Part shown: piece by piece, positions 28,715 to 38,110 of the stretch
How positions within the stretch are numbered: position 1 is the first letter of the stretch
Layout of the letters: every line of letters begins with the position of its first letter
DNA from: Nitrospira sp.
Lineage (GTDB): Bacteria > Nitrospirota > Nitrospiria > Nitrospirales > Nitrospiraceae
Length of the DNA stretch: 64,000 nt
Assembly: GCA_047150005.1 (NCBI GenBank)
Contig: AP038806.1
Coordinates: 2,784,001-2,848,000, forward strand
Direction of reading: 5' to 3'
Notes under the pieces: generated by a model
Told to the model about the DNA's origin: nothing
Database searches by the model: none
Seen by the model: the letters and a program-made list of their open reading frames with translations, nothing else
Translations under genes and position numbers: made by a program

Positions 28715-28791
28715 TGGTGCCCCCGACACGAATTGAACGTGCGACCCGCGGTTTAGGAAACCGCTGCTCTATCCAACTGAGCTACGGGGGC
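28715..28791 (-). tRNA. tRNA-Arg(CCT)
   Basis: GCCCCCGTAGCTCAGTTGGATAGAGC, anticodon arm GCGGT-TTCCTAA-ACCGC, GTTCAATTC, CCA end. Confidence 0.96.
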
Positions 28792-28861
28792 GTGAGGGGT
28801 ACGATACTGAAGGCGGTCGAGAAAGTCCAGGCAAGGAATCCGCGAGGACCGGTCCGCTCCG

Positions 28862-30238
28862 TCAATGGGGCGAACGATCGCCATCGCCCGCCGAGCCGAA
28901 GAGTTCCTTTTTCGACGGGATCTGCTTGAGCAGGTCGGCACGAATTTGATAGATGCCCTGCAAGCGGTGCCCCATCGCGTAGACGAGTCCGTTGGATTGG
29001 CTGCCGAGGGAGAGTTTGCCGGCGAGCTTGCCGTCCTGTCCGGTGGCCACGAATTCCGCGGTAGGGGATACAAGACCATATGGAGCCAGGGGACCGGACT
29101 GTTTCATCACCCGTTCTTCGGCCGGCGCATTCACCACCCGGCTCACGAAGAGATCGGCGGTCTGTTGATTCACCTTGTCGGTCGGGCGGTCTTCCAACAC
29201 CCACTCGCCGCTCTGGTTGATCAGTACATAGTGTTCCTCAGCCGTCTTGACCGAGAGCATGGCGATGTCCGGCGCGTCCACGCCGAGCAGCCGTTTGTCC
29301 TGCAGATTGAAGAGTTCCTTCGTGAGATCCCTGATGGCCGTGGGATTGATGCGATAGAGCGGACCGTCTGTCGTCGTTTCGGCGATGGCCTCCCCGCTTG
29401 ACGGGTCCGGTTGATACAGCTTGACCGTCTGGTCGCCGTCCGTGGCATGGATGGTGACTTTCACTTTCGGAGCGTGAAGGGTTTTGGCCAATGTGTCGCG
29501 CTCCGGCCCGGGATCGACGATGCCGAGTGCCTTCAGGTCTTCAAGGCGGAACAACAGCATGCGGACTTCGTTCAAGTCGGCTTCGGCCTCGATCGGATAG
29601 CGGATCTTCCACTTCGGTTTCGGTTTTTCGTTCACGTTGTACAGGACGATTTCGGTCGTCGGGTATGTCAGGCGGATGCGGTCGACGTCACCCTTGGCCA
29701 CACGCAAAATGTCTTTGCGCCGGAAGGTCATCAGGCTCTTATTGACGAAGTCCTTCGGCGCCATGTCCGTGAGCAGCAGGGCATGGTCGGATTCCCGCAG
29801 GACATAGAGGGTCGAGGACAGGGGGCCGCTGTCGCCGATGGAGAATGTTTCCTTCGTGGCGCCGCTCGTGATCGTGATTGTGGTCACTGGAGAGTCGAGC
29901 CCGAATGGCGAAAGCGCAGTCGGATTCTGCTCGACCACCCGATGCACGGATCCCGTCACAAGGGCACGGATCAGGCCTTGGACTTCGCGTTGGTCCGCGT
30001 CGGTCTGAAGAGGAGCGGTCAACACCCAGCCCTTCTCGGCAGTCCGTTCAAACACCAGTTCGCCCTGATCGGTCTTGAAGATTAAGCCCGTCAACGCCTG
30101 CTGATCCAGCAGCAACACCTTTTTCTTTTCAACCGCGTGGCGCTCTTCGGTTTCTTTTGCCGGAAACTCGACGAGATATAGGTAAAGACCGAGACCACCA
30201 AGAACGAGGGCCATGAGCAGCGTGGGCCAGTATTTCAT
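28862..30238 (-). CDS. DUF4340-domain periplasmic protein (repeated domains)
   Basis: N-terminal TM; repeated W....P...AD and FGL/YGL..P motifs; downstream of Gld-like ABC genes. Confidence 0.8.
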   Translation of the reverse strand: MKYWPTLLMALVLGGLGLYLYLVEFPAKETEERHAVEKKKVLLLDQQALTGLIFKTDQGELVFERTAEKGWVLTAPLQTDADQREVQGLIRALVTGSVHRVVEQNPTALSPFGLDSPVTTITITSGATKETFSIGDSGPLSSTLYVLRESDHALLLTDMAPKDFVNKSLMTFRRKDILRVAKGDVDRIRLTYPTTEIVLYNVNEKPKPKWKIRYPIEAEADLNEVRMLLFRLEDLKALGIVDPGPERDTLAKTLHAPKVKVTIHATDGDQTVKLYQPDPSSGEAIAETTTDGPLYRINPTAIRDLTKELFNLQDKRLLGVDAPDIAMLSVKTAEEHYVLINQSGEWVLEDRPTDKVNQQTADLFVSRVVNAPAEERVMKQSGPLAPYGLVSPTAEFVATGQDGKLAGKLSLGSQSNGLVYAMGHRLQGIYQIRADLLKQIPSKKELFGSAGDGDRSPH

Positions 30239-30243
30239 GAGGA

Positions 30244-31773
30244 TTAGAGTCGGCGACGCTTCCGCCACACCGTCAGGCCGACGATGCACAGCAAAGCCGG
30301 AATGAGTATGACCTGCACGTAGAGTAGCGTTCGTTCCTGAACCGGATTGGGAATGAACGGCTTCAGCGCCTGGTCTCTGGGACCGATGGCAAGCAGCTCG
30401 CGATCATCCGCCAGCCATCCGGTGGCATGCAGCAGGAAATCGCTGTTGCCTGGGAAATTGACGAAGCCGTTGGTTGCGAACGTGCTGTTGCCGATGATCA
30501 CAACCCCGGCTCTGGGTTTGCCTTCGATGGGCGGTGCTTTTGGAGCCAAGGCCGCGGCCATTGGAAGCGGGCCCTTGATATCCTCCTTTTCGTTGAGACT
30601 CACCACACGGCCCTTTAGATCCGTCTCGGCCCAGCTATTGGGAGAGGTGCGCGCGAGCGGCACGAAGTCCCAATCCTTTCCCATGTGTTCATCGAACGTG
30701 ATATGCCTGGCGAGTGGGAAAAGTACGGCCGCGGTGAGGTCCTGCGTAATCTCATGTTCGGTGAAGGTGCGGACAAGCAATGCGGTGAGATCACCTTGTG
30801 CCAACCGGTCTTGCAGATCGACAAGCACTCCGGGACCGAGTCCGAGCCCCCAGCGGGACAGGAGGGGAGAAAGATCGGTCTGCGTATCCGGGTCCACCAT
30901 GAGCAGGAGTCGGCCTCCGGCCTCCAGGTACGTCCGGATGCGGTCAAGTTCATCTGGAGTGATCGGCTTGCGAGGCCCTGCCAGCACGAGGATGGCTGTG
31001 CCGTCCGGAACGGAAGATTGGGACAGCAGGCTGACCGAGTCGACTTGGTATCCCTGTCGGGTCAGCAACTCCTTGGTGGAGGAGAAACCCGTCCGTTCCC
31101 GGTCCGTGAGGCTGTGTTCCCCGTGTCCGTCCACGAATAGAATGCGTTTTTTCTCGTCGCGTGAGACGCGCATCAATGCGCCGGTCAGTTCCGCTTCGGA
31201 CGGATTGGTTGCGCGGATCGTCTGCGTGCCGCTCTCGAAAATGGCCGTGTCGGTTCTCGTGATCCCGTAGGATTGCGCCGCCTTCGGTTGTCGCTCCGGA
31301 TCGACGAACTCGACGGTCAGCTTCGAACTCGCCTGCCGATAACTATCGAGTCGTTCCTTGTAGGACTGATAACCAGGGTCTTTTTCTCGGGTGAAGACGG
31401 TGATCTTCACGTCGCGGGGCAGGCTGCGTAGAACCCGATGAGTTTGAGGCGCGAGCGAGAAGTGTTGATTTTCAGAGAAATCCCAGCGCACCGAGTGACG
31501 GGCGGACAGAAAGTTTACGATCACCAGAATGCCGATCAGCAACAGGCTCAATAGCAAACTATTGGTCCCGAGACGGGTCGAGCGACGAGATGAAAAGCTC
31601 TTCAGCGATTGGAAGTGAACGATAAAGAACGCGATGAGGCAGACCAGCGCCAGTCCTTCTACAACCGTCACGAGCCAGACTTTGTCGGGCGCGAGGCTAT
31701 AGGCGACCATGCCGGCGATTGCCAGCGCCGTTCCCAACACGCCCAGCGGCAGGGTTCTGAAGTTTATCTCCAT
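30244..31773 (-). CDS. GldG-like ABC transporter auxiliary component
   Basis: TMs, RWDFSENQHFSL, FVDP, F..GHGE, LVLAGP, GGRLLLMVDP, C-terminal TM + RKRRR. Confidence 0.85.
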   Translation of the reverse strand: MEINFRTLPLGVLGTALAIAGMVAYSLAPDKVWLVTVVEGLALVCLIAFFIVHFQSLKSFSSRRSTRLGTNSLLLSLLLIGILVIVNFLSARHSVRWDFSENQHFSLAPQTHRVLRSLPRDVKITVFTREKDPGYQSYKERLDSYRQASSKLTVEFVDPERQPKAAQSYGITRTDTAIFESGTQTIRATNPSEAELTGALMRVSRDEKKRILFVDGHGEHSLTDRERTGFSSTKELLTRQGYQVDSVSLLSQSSVPDGTAILVLAGPRKPITPDELDRIRTYLEAGGRLLLMVDPDTQTDLSPLLSRWGLGLGPGVLVDLQDRLAQGDLTALLVRTFTEHEITQDLTAAVLFPLARHITFDEHMGKDWDFVPLARTSPNSWAETDLKGRVVSLNEKEDIKGPLPMAAALAPKAPPIEGKPRAGVVIIGNSTFATNGFVNFPGNSDFLLHATGWLADDRELLAIGPRDQALKPFIPNPVQERTLLYVQVILIPALLCIVGLTVWRKRRRL

Positions 31774-32534
31774 CTGGTGGAATCGACGACGCGGTGCGCA
31801 AGAAACAACAACAGGATGATCGCAGTAGCAAAATATACGAGATCCTTCGTGTCCACTAGGCCGCGCACCAGGTGGTCATAGTGTTCCATGAAGGAAATGT
31901 AGGAGATGACTTGCCCCGCCGCGGTATCGCCTAGAAGAGAGCCGAGGCCTGCAAGGAGCCACAGGAACAGCAACAGGCCGAAGCTGACGAACGCCGCGAC
32001 GATTTGATTCTCGGTCAACGCGGACGACAGAAGTCCCACACCGAGAAACAACGCGCCGAGCAACGCCAGGCCGAGATAGCCGGTCAGCACGGGATACCAA
32101 TCGAAATCGCTGAACAGCGACAGGGTCAGCGGGATGAGGCCCGTCCATGCGAGCAATCCCAAGAAAACCAAGAAAACGCTCATGAACTTGCCGGCGACGA
32201 TCTCGTTCAATCCGACCGGCGAGGTCATCAGGAACTCAAAGGTTCGAAGCTTTCGCTCCTCCGCGAAGAGCCGCATGGTGAGGATCGGCAGAATGATGAG
32301 GAGGACGAATCGGACGCTTGCAAAGAGGTTGCGGAAGACGAGGTCGTTGAGGTTGATCTGGGCCTGGCCGCCTTGGATCTGCATCAGCTGGATCGCCTGG
32401 GCGCCTGCGAACACGATGTACAGATAGGCCAGCAATCCAACGATGAGCAGGAACACCGCCCCGACGACGTAGACGACCGGGGAAACAAAATAGGAGCGCA
32501 GTTCTTTGGCGACGATGGCGCCGACCGGTGTCAT
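31764..32534 (-). CDS. ABC-2 type permease (GldF-like)
   Basis: KELRSYFVSP, TMRLFAEERK..T.E.L.TSP, SALTENQIVA. Confidence 0.9.
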   Translation of the reverse strand: MTPVGAIVAKELRSYFVSPVVYVVGAVFLLIVGLLAYLYIVFAGAQAIQLMQIQGGQAQINLNDLVFRNLFASVRFVLLIILPILTMRLFAEERKLRTFEFLMTSPVGLNEIVAGKFMSVFLVFLGLLAWTGLIPLTLSLFSDFDWYPVLTGYLGLALLGALFLGVGLLSSALTENQIVAAFVSFGLLLFLWLLAGLGSLLGDTAAGQVISYISFMEHYDHLVRGLVDTKDLVYFATAIILLLFLAHRVVDSTRWR

Positions 32535-33520
32535 GGTGAGGTCTCCGCGCTTCCCATGGGGTCGAGTTCGGATTCCTGTTCCGGCTGGCCCATCCCTTCC
32601 TCGTGCCGGGTGAGACGGAGAAAGACGTCTTCCAGCGTCATGGAGATCGGTTTGAGTTCGACCAGACCCCAGCCGTTGCTGACTGCCAGACGGCCGACGT
32701 CTTCGCGAATGTCCTGACCCAATCCGGACTCCAGCAGGAAGCTGCCGGCTGCGCCGTCGGCGAACACATGCTGCACACCGGGAATCTGCTTGAACCGGGC
32801 TTCGGCATCCGCCGGCGGACGCTTGAGGATTACCGAGATTTTTTCCGAGTTGCGCAAGCGGGCCGAGAGTTGATCGGGAGTGTCTTCGGCAACGATACGT
32901 CCGCCGCTGATAATCACCACGCGCTGGCAGACGGCGGTGGCTTCTGGAAGGATATGTGTGCTGAGAATCACCGAATGCGACCCTGCCAGACTTCTGATCA
33001 ATTCACGAATTTCGATGATCTGTTTCGGGTCGAGCCCGACGGTCGGCTCGTCGAGTATCAAGACGGGAGGATCATGAAGCAGGGCCTGAGCCAGTCCCAC
33101 ACGCTGGCGATAGCCACGAGAAAGATTGCCGATCAATCGTTGCTGGACCGACCCCAGTCCCAACCGTTCAACTTCGCGAGCGATGGCCGCGGTCAGCGTA
33201 TCGCTCTTCAAGCCGCGAAGCTGCCCGACGAATCGAAGGTACTCGTGGACCGTCAATTCTTGATAGAGCGGCGGCGTCTCCGGCAGATAACCGATCCGTC
33301 GCTTCACGTCCAACGGTTGGTCAAGGCAGTCGTATCCTGCGACCCGCGCCGATCCTTCCGTGGCTGGAAGGAAGCAGGTGAGAATTCGCATGGTCGTCGT
33401 CTTGCCGGCCCCGTTCGGGCCAAGAAAGGCCAGCACCTCTCCTTTGGCGACGGAGAAGGTCACGCGATCGATGGCGGTGTGCTGTCCGTATCGCTTGGTA
33501 ACTTGCTGAACGTCAATCAT
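32531..33520 (-). CDS. ABC transporter ATP-binding protein (GldA-like)
   Basis: GPNGAGKTT, LSRGYRQRVGLA, LDEPT, STH. Confidence 0.95.
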   Translation of the reverse strand: MIDVQQVTKRYGQHTAIDRVTFSVAKGEVLAFLGPNGAGKTTTMRILTCFLPATEGSARVAGYDCLDQPLDVKRRIGYLPETPPLYQELTVHEYLRFVGQLRGLKSDTLTAAIAREVERLGLGSVQQRLIGNLSRGYRQRVGLAQALLHDPPVLILDEPTVGLDPKQIIEIRELIRSLAGSHSVILSTHILPEATAVCQRVVIISGGRIVAEDTPDQLSARLRNSEKISVILKRPPADAEARFKQIPGVQHVFADGAAGSFLLESGLGQDIREDVGRLAVSNGWGLVELKPISMTLEDVFLRLTRHEEGMGQPEQESELDPMGSAETSP

Positions 33521-33757
33521 CTGTCGTCGCTGGTGTGCCGGCGGCTGAACGGATGTCGTCGAGGACTATACAGGCGGGCTGCTCATCGCTGTCCGGTCCA
33601 TTGGAGACAGGGCATCTTACTCACTCGATGAAGGGCAGTCAATATCGGTGGTGCGGGAGGCGAAAGGATCGGCGCAGGAAGCTGATCGCCAATCGGCAAC
33701 TTTACAGGCGCCGAGCATCCTGTTAGAGTCCAGCACACTTCGAACGGCTCCCGGCTA

Positions 33758-34114
33758 ATGAGAGACAGAATCGTCACGCCGACTCGGCGTTGGTTTTCGA
33801 TAGCGGTGGTGGCGATCGCGATCGGGTTGCTGTCCGTCCCCGCCAGTGAGGCCGCTCAAGGACGGACGTACAAGGTACAAGGGATTGTAATCGGAGTGAC
33901 CTCGAATCAGTCGCCGCAACTGATCGTGGTCAATACCCCGATCACACCCAAGAATTTTATGACTGTCGGCGCCACTGTCACGGCTCAGACCAAGATTCTA
34001 CGGGGGCAGAAAAAGGTCCCTCTCCATAATATACGGGTGGGCGAGAGCGTTTGGCTCACGTATGTCAAAAGTCCTGAAGGCCTGCTCGCGCAAACAATTC
34101 AAGCCAAAGGCTGA
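33758..34114 (+). CDS. Small exported beta-rich (OB-fold-like) protein
   Basis: Signal peptide ending ASEA; V.G.V...T.I...L..I.VG..V.L.Y pattern. Confidence 0.7.
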   Translation: MRDRIVTPTRRWFSIAVVAIAIGLLSVPASEAAQGRTYKVQGIVIGVTSNQSPQLIVVNTPITPKNFMTVGATVTAQTKILRGQKKVPLHNIRVGESVWLTYVKSPEGLLAQTIQAKG

Positions 34115-34333
34115 TGTCCTTCTGAGCCGGACCAATAAGGCGATCGGGTTGCATTTTCGACGACGGAGAGTCTTGGTCACATCCCCGTGCATGTGATGAC
34201 ATGTGATTGATTCCGTGCTCCAGCCGAAGGTAGGGGCGGGGGCTACGCTGTCGGTATTGTTGAACAGCAGCTCCGGCTTTAGGTTGAACCGGTGAGAGTC
34301 AAGCCGTCGGTTCAACAGGATAGAGGTGACGAC

Positions 34334-34969
34334 ATGACCGTTCATGCAATGACATCACCGTATACCGCCGCTCTGGGCGTCGTCCTCGGCACCTGGTGCC
34401 TCATGGGCGGTTGTTCCTGGATTCCGAAGGGTGATTCCCAATTCGACGTCGGTATTAAGGATCGCGGGACAGCCTCCTGGTATGGCGAACCCTTCCATGG
34501 GAAGCAGGCTGCCGATGGGACGATCTATGATATGGAAGGGTTGACTGCCGCTCACCGCACGATGCCGCTGGGGAGCATGGTCCGTGTGGTCAACCTGGTC
34601 AACGGCAAGTACATTTATGTTCGGATCACGGATCGTGGTCCTTATGTGAACGGTCGCATCCTCGATCTTTCTCACGCCGCGGCAGTACGTCTAGGTATGA
34701 AAAAGGGGGGGCTATCGCTGGTCCAGGTTGAAATCGTCGGAGAGCGTCGGCCGGATGCGCTCCTGTCCGCTGACGCCGCCAAGGCGCTATCGCTTGCCAG
34801 GATTGTGAGAGCCGACTCGACGACGCAGCCGGAGGGCGTTGCGCTGGGGGCTCCCCACCGGCCACGTCCCGGCGATCTGTGGACCAGGCGAAGAGATCTG
34901 CGGGTTCCGGCGACACTGGCGGCAGACCATACGGCGCATGTCGAACTTGCCGCGCTCGTTCTTGACTAA
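34334..34969 (+). CDS. rlpA: Septal ring lytic transglycosylase RlpA-family lipoprotein
   Basis: GTASWYG, TAAHRTMPLGS, RITDRGPYV.GRILDLS; lipobox-like GGC. Confidence 0.9.
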   Translation: MTVHAMTSPYTAALGVVLGTWCLMGGCSWIPKGDSQFDVGIKDRGTASWYGEPFHGKQAADGTIYDMEGLTAAHRTMPLGSMVRVVNLVNGKYIYVRITDRGPYVNGRILDLSHAAAVRLGMKKGGLSLVQVEIVGERRPDALLSADAAKALSLARIVRADSTTQPEGVALGAPHRPRPGDLWTRRRDLRVPATLAADHTAHVELAALVLD

Positions 34970-34995
34970 CCTTTTCCCTGCCTCCTGCGCTCCCG

Positions 34996-35025
34996 TTGAC
35001 AGCGCATAAAGCGGTCCACTAGACT
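34996..35025 (+). promoter_or_regulatory. Putative sigma70 promoter
   Basis: TTGACA-18 nt-TAGACT upstream of 35127. Confidence 0.5.
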
Positions 35026-35126
35026 GCGGACCATGCGGGTCGGTACGGGATCCTGGGGGGCTGCGGGTGCCCGTGCTCGATTTCATAAAAAAGAAATGAA
35101 GACTTGACGGAAGGCGGAGGTTGGCA

Positions 35127-35342
35127 ATGGCGAAAAAGGGGTCCGAGTCGGACGAGGCGCGGCTCAAGAAGAAGGTGGCCGCAAAGTTGATTGGCCACAA
35201 GAATCCCGAGGGTGATGCGGCGATCCGTGCGCTTCGGAAGCGACTGAAGCGAGAGCAGCGGAAACGGCGCGCGTTGGCTCTAAGAAAAAAACATGCGGGA
35301 GCGAATAAGCCGGCTGCCGAGGGGGCTCCGGCGGCAGGATAG
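35127..35342 (+). CDS. Small highly basic hypothetical protein
   Basis: GGAGG RBS; K/R-rich helical 71 aa. Confidence 0.7.
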   Translation: MAKKGSESDEARLKKKVAAKLIGHKNPEGDAAIRALRKRLKREQRKRRALALRKKHAGANKPAAEGAPAAG

Positions 35343-35374
35343 CTGGCGTTCAGCTGCCGCTAAGGAAGCGATTT

Positions 35375-36193
35375 ATGGAACAATCGGAAGCACACGAACA
35401 AGATCAACACAACGAGGCCGGTCCTGAAACCACGTCCGACGAACTCACCGATCATGTGGCGGCCGAGCTGACTGGGGAGGCTCCGGCGGCCGAAACCACC
35501 GACGTGCAGCCAGAGGCTGCGCTGCTTGAAGAAGAGAAACCGAAGGACGAGATCGATATCCAAATCGACCTGCTCAAGGATTCTGATTGGGTCGTACGGC
35601 GCGAAGCGGCCATCACCCTCGGGGAAATGGCGGATGAACGATGCGTGGAACCGTTGTGCCAGGCGCTGCGGGACGGAGACTGGCAGGTCCGGGAGGTCGC
35701 CGTCGACGGCCTCGGTCATATCGGTTCTCCTGCCGTAGAAATGCTGCTCAAGCTGCTTCGTGATTGGGACGTTCGAAAGTACGCGATTGCCGCGCTGGGC
35801 AAGATCCGCGATGAGCGAGTGCTCGATCCCCTCATGCTTCAACTGCGGAACGACGAATTCAAGGACGATGCGACCAATGCCCTGGTCGAGCTGGGCGCTC
35901 CGGCCCTGGCCCGTCTGGTCGTCGCGCTGAAGGACAAGGACGAGTTGGTTAGAAAGCAAGCGGTGCTGGCCCTCGGTCGCATCAAGCATACCGACGCCAT
36001 CGATCCACTGATTGAAATGTTGGCCGACAAGGACTGGTTCACCCGCCTGACCGCAGCCGCCGCCTTGGAAGCGATCGGAGACGATCGCGGACGCGAGGCC
36101 ATCAAGCCATTGACGAAAGATTCGGATATGGTGGTGCGGATGCGGGTCGAGCGAATTCTGGTGAAGTGGAAGAAGCAGCCGGCCAACGCCTGA
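35375..36193 (+). CDS. HEAT/PBS-lyase repeat protein with acidic N-terminus
   Basis: Repeated L.D.DW.VR..A..ALG.I.D.RA motifs. Confidence 0.9.
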   Translation: MEQSEAHEQDQHNEAGPETTSDELTDHVAAELTGEAPAAETTDVQPEAALLEEEKPKDEIDIQIDLLKDSDWVVRREAAITLGEMADERCVEPLCQALRDGDWQVREVAVDGLGHIGSPAVEMLLKLLRDWDVRKYAIAALGKIRDERVLDPLMLQLRNDEFKDDATNALVELGAPALARLVVALKDKDELVRKQAVLALGRIKHTDAIDPLIEMLADKDWFTRLTAAAALEAIGDDRGREAIKPLTKDSDMVVRMRVERILVKWKKQPANA

Positions 36194-36232
36194 GCAGTTT
36201 CCCGCCCGAAGTCGCGCGCACGGCGCAGCCGT

Positions 36233-36688
36233 CTATTTGTCGAGCTGCCGGTCGATTTCCTTCTGAACTTCGTTGAGTTTCTTCATCGGAACCGGCTTTC
36301 CCATCGACAATTCCAGTCGCAATTCCTGCAACGTGCCGATAACGGCCCGCACGGCCTGAGTCGAAGCGTCTTGTCGCGCCCCCTTGATGGCGGTTTCCAG
36401 GCCGGCCACGCCGTCCGCCAGCTGTTTTGCCGCTTCCCCGAAGTTCTTATCCAGTACGTCGGAACGGGTTTGGACGATTTTTGATTTCGTCTCGAGCAGG
36501 GCCTGTCGCCTGCGGAGATCCTGTTCGATTCCCATCGTGGTATCGATGACGTTGCGGGACATGTCCTTGAGCGATTGACGCAGGTCTCCCACCGTATCTT
36601 GGAGTGTTCCCACCGGTCGTTGGCCGAAATAGAACCCCAGCGCGAACGATGCCACAATCAGGACGAGCACCCCGATGAATTTCCACAT
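36233..36688 (-). CDS. Membrane-anchored coiled-coil hypothetical protein
   Basis: N-terminal TM, helical heptads; AAAGGA RBS. Confidence 0.75.
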   Translation of the reverse strand: MWKFIGVLVLIVASFALGFYFGQRPVGTLQDTVGDLRQSLKDMSRNVIDTTMGIEQDLRRRQALLETKSKIVQTRSDVLDKNFGEAAKQLADGVAGLETAIKGARQDASTQAVRAVIGTLQELRLELSMGKPVPMKKLNEVQKEIDRQLDK

Positions 36689-36690
36689 GC

Positions 36691-38064
36691 CTATCCTTTC
36701 CGTCCCTTCGATGCCGTGGACTTGCTGTGCCGGTCGATTTGTTGCATCAGGCTGCCGGCCGCGGTGATACGGACCGCCGAGTCCGAATCGTGCAGGCCTT
36801 TTTTCAAGAGCGCAAAGGGAGGAGGGTTCGTCTTGCCCAACGCTTTCGCGGCGAATAACCTCGGCTGAGGTTGCTGGTCCTGCAACAGCGCCTGAAGGAT
36901 GGTGATGCCTTGCTTGTCGGTGGCCATTCCGAGCGCCTGTGCCGTGGCGGCGCGAACGGACGGGTCCGGGTGACGAGCCAGATCCGTGGCAATCAGGACG
37001 GCCGATGCATCACCCAATCGGAGAAGCCCTTCCACGGCGCTGGCGCGCACCTGCATGGAGGCATCGCGCGTCAATTGGAGCAACAGCGGACGTGTGTCAC
37101 GGATGCCGAGACGGCCCAAACTGACGGCAGCCACACCCCTGACCCGTGCGTGCTCGTCACCGATCGCATGCGTGAGCGGCGCAACCGCTCCGGGCTGACC
37201 GAACTCGCCCAAGGCACCGGCGGCAAACGCACGAACCGACGGCTCAGGATCGTAGACGCCTTGGCTGAGCACCGCGAGGCTCGACGGCCGCTTCAGTTTT
37301 CCGAGCACACCCAACGCGGCCATGCGGGTTTCCGGGTCCGGAAGTGTGGCGGCTCCCGTGATATCGCGCAACATGTCCTGTTTGCCCAGCCGATAGAGCG
37401 CTGCATAGGCGAACACGCCTTCGGGCCCGTCTTCGGTTCGCGCCACCTCGATCAGACGAGGCACGATGTCGCCGACGCCCCCTTCACTCAGCACGTTCAT
37501 GGCCGCGATGCGCACTGGCGGCAGGTCGTCCCGCAGCGCGCGTCGTAGCGCATCCGACTTCGAGGCGAGCCCGGCATGACCGAGACCTTCGACGGCGCGG
37601 GCCCGCACCAATGGAGAGGGGTCCAGCAAGCCGTCCTCCAGAATGGATCGGGTCTCGACAAGCCCCAACTCCGCCAGAGCCGTGTAGGCGGCAATCCTGA
37701 CGTATTCTTTGGGATCCCGGACGTGAGTGGTCAACGTGCTCAGGGCCAGCGAACGCAAGAGCGGGTACTCATCCGGTTGATCGCCGGGGGCCAATCGGTC
37801 GTAAAGCGCCACGGCCTCCTCGGTATGACCCAGTTTCAGATGGCTTTGAAGCGTCACGCGAAGGAAAACCTTCGATGGGGGGATGTCCGAAGCCCGTGAA
37901 TTCCACAATTTCAGAACTTTGTCGTATTCCGCATCGCGATAGGCCTGCATCGCTTCCTGTTCCCGGCCGGTTTCCGACGTGGCAGCAGTTGCGCCGGAGG
38001 CAGGGCCGGCGGCAAGCAGAAGCGCCGCGAACAGCACCGCGGGGAGCGAGAGGCGGGTTACCAT
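36691..38064 (-). CDS. Exported HEAT-repeat protein
   Basis: Signal peptide (LPAVLFAALLLAAGPASGA); repeated D....VR..A..ALG. Confidence 0.85.
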   Translation of the reverse strand: MVTRLSLPAVLFAALLLAAGPASGATAATSETGREQEAMQAYRDAEYDKVLKLWNSRASDIPPSKVFLRVTLQSHLKLGHTEEAVALYDRLAPGDQPDEYPLLRSLALSTLTTHVRDPKEYVRIAAYTALAELGLVETRSILEDGLLDPSPLVRARAVEGLGHAGLASKSDALRRALRDDLPPVRIAAMNVLSEGGVGDIVPRLIEVARTEDGPEGVFAYAALYRLGKQDMLRDITGAATLPDPETRMAALGVLGKLKRPSSLAVLSQGVYDPEPSVRAFAAGALGEFGQPGAVAPLTHAIGDEHARVRGVAAVSLGRLGIRDTRPLLLQLTRDASMQVRASAVEGLLRLGDASAVLIATDLARHPDPSVRAATAQALGMATDKQGITILQALLQDQQPQPRLFAAKALGKTNPPPFALLKKGLHDSDSAVRITAAGSLMQQIDRHSKSTASKGRKG

Positions 38065-38110
38065 ACGGCGGGCAGCAGGATTTCTCGGGATGGGAGCAGA
38101 GGAAACGCTC

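Noticed and set aside
28238..28791. Genomic island integrated at tRNA-Arg
   Set aside because: No duplicated tRNA 3' end and no integrase seen in the window.
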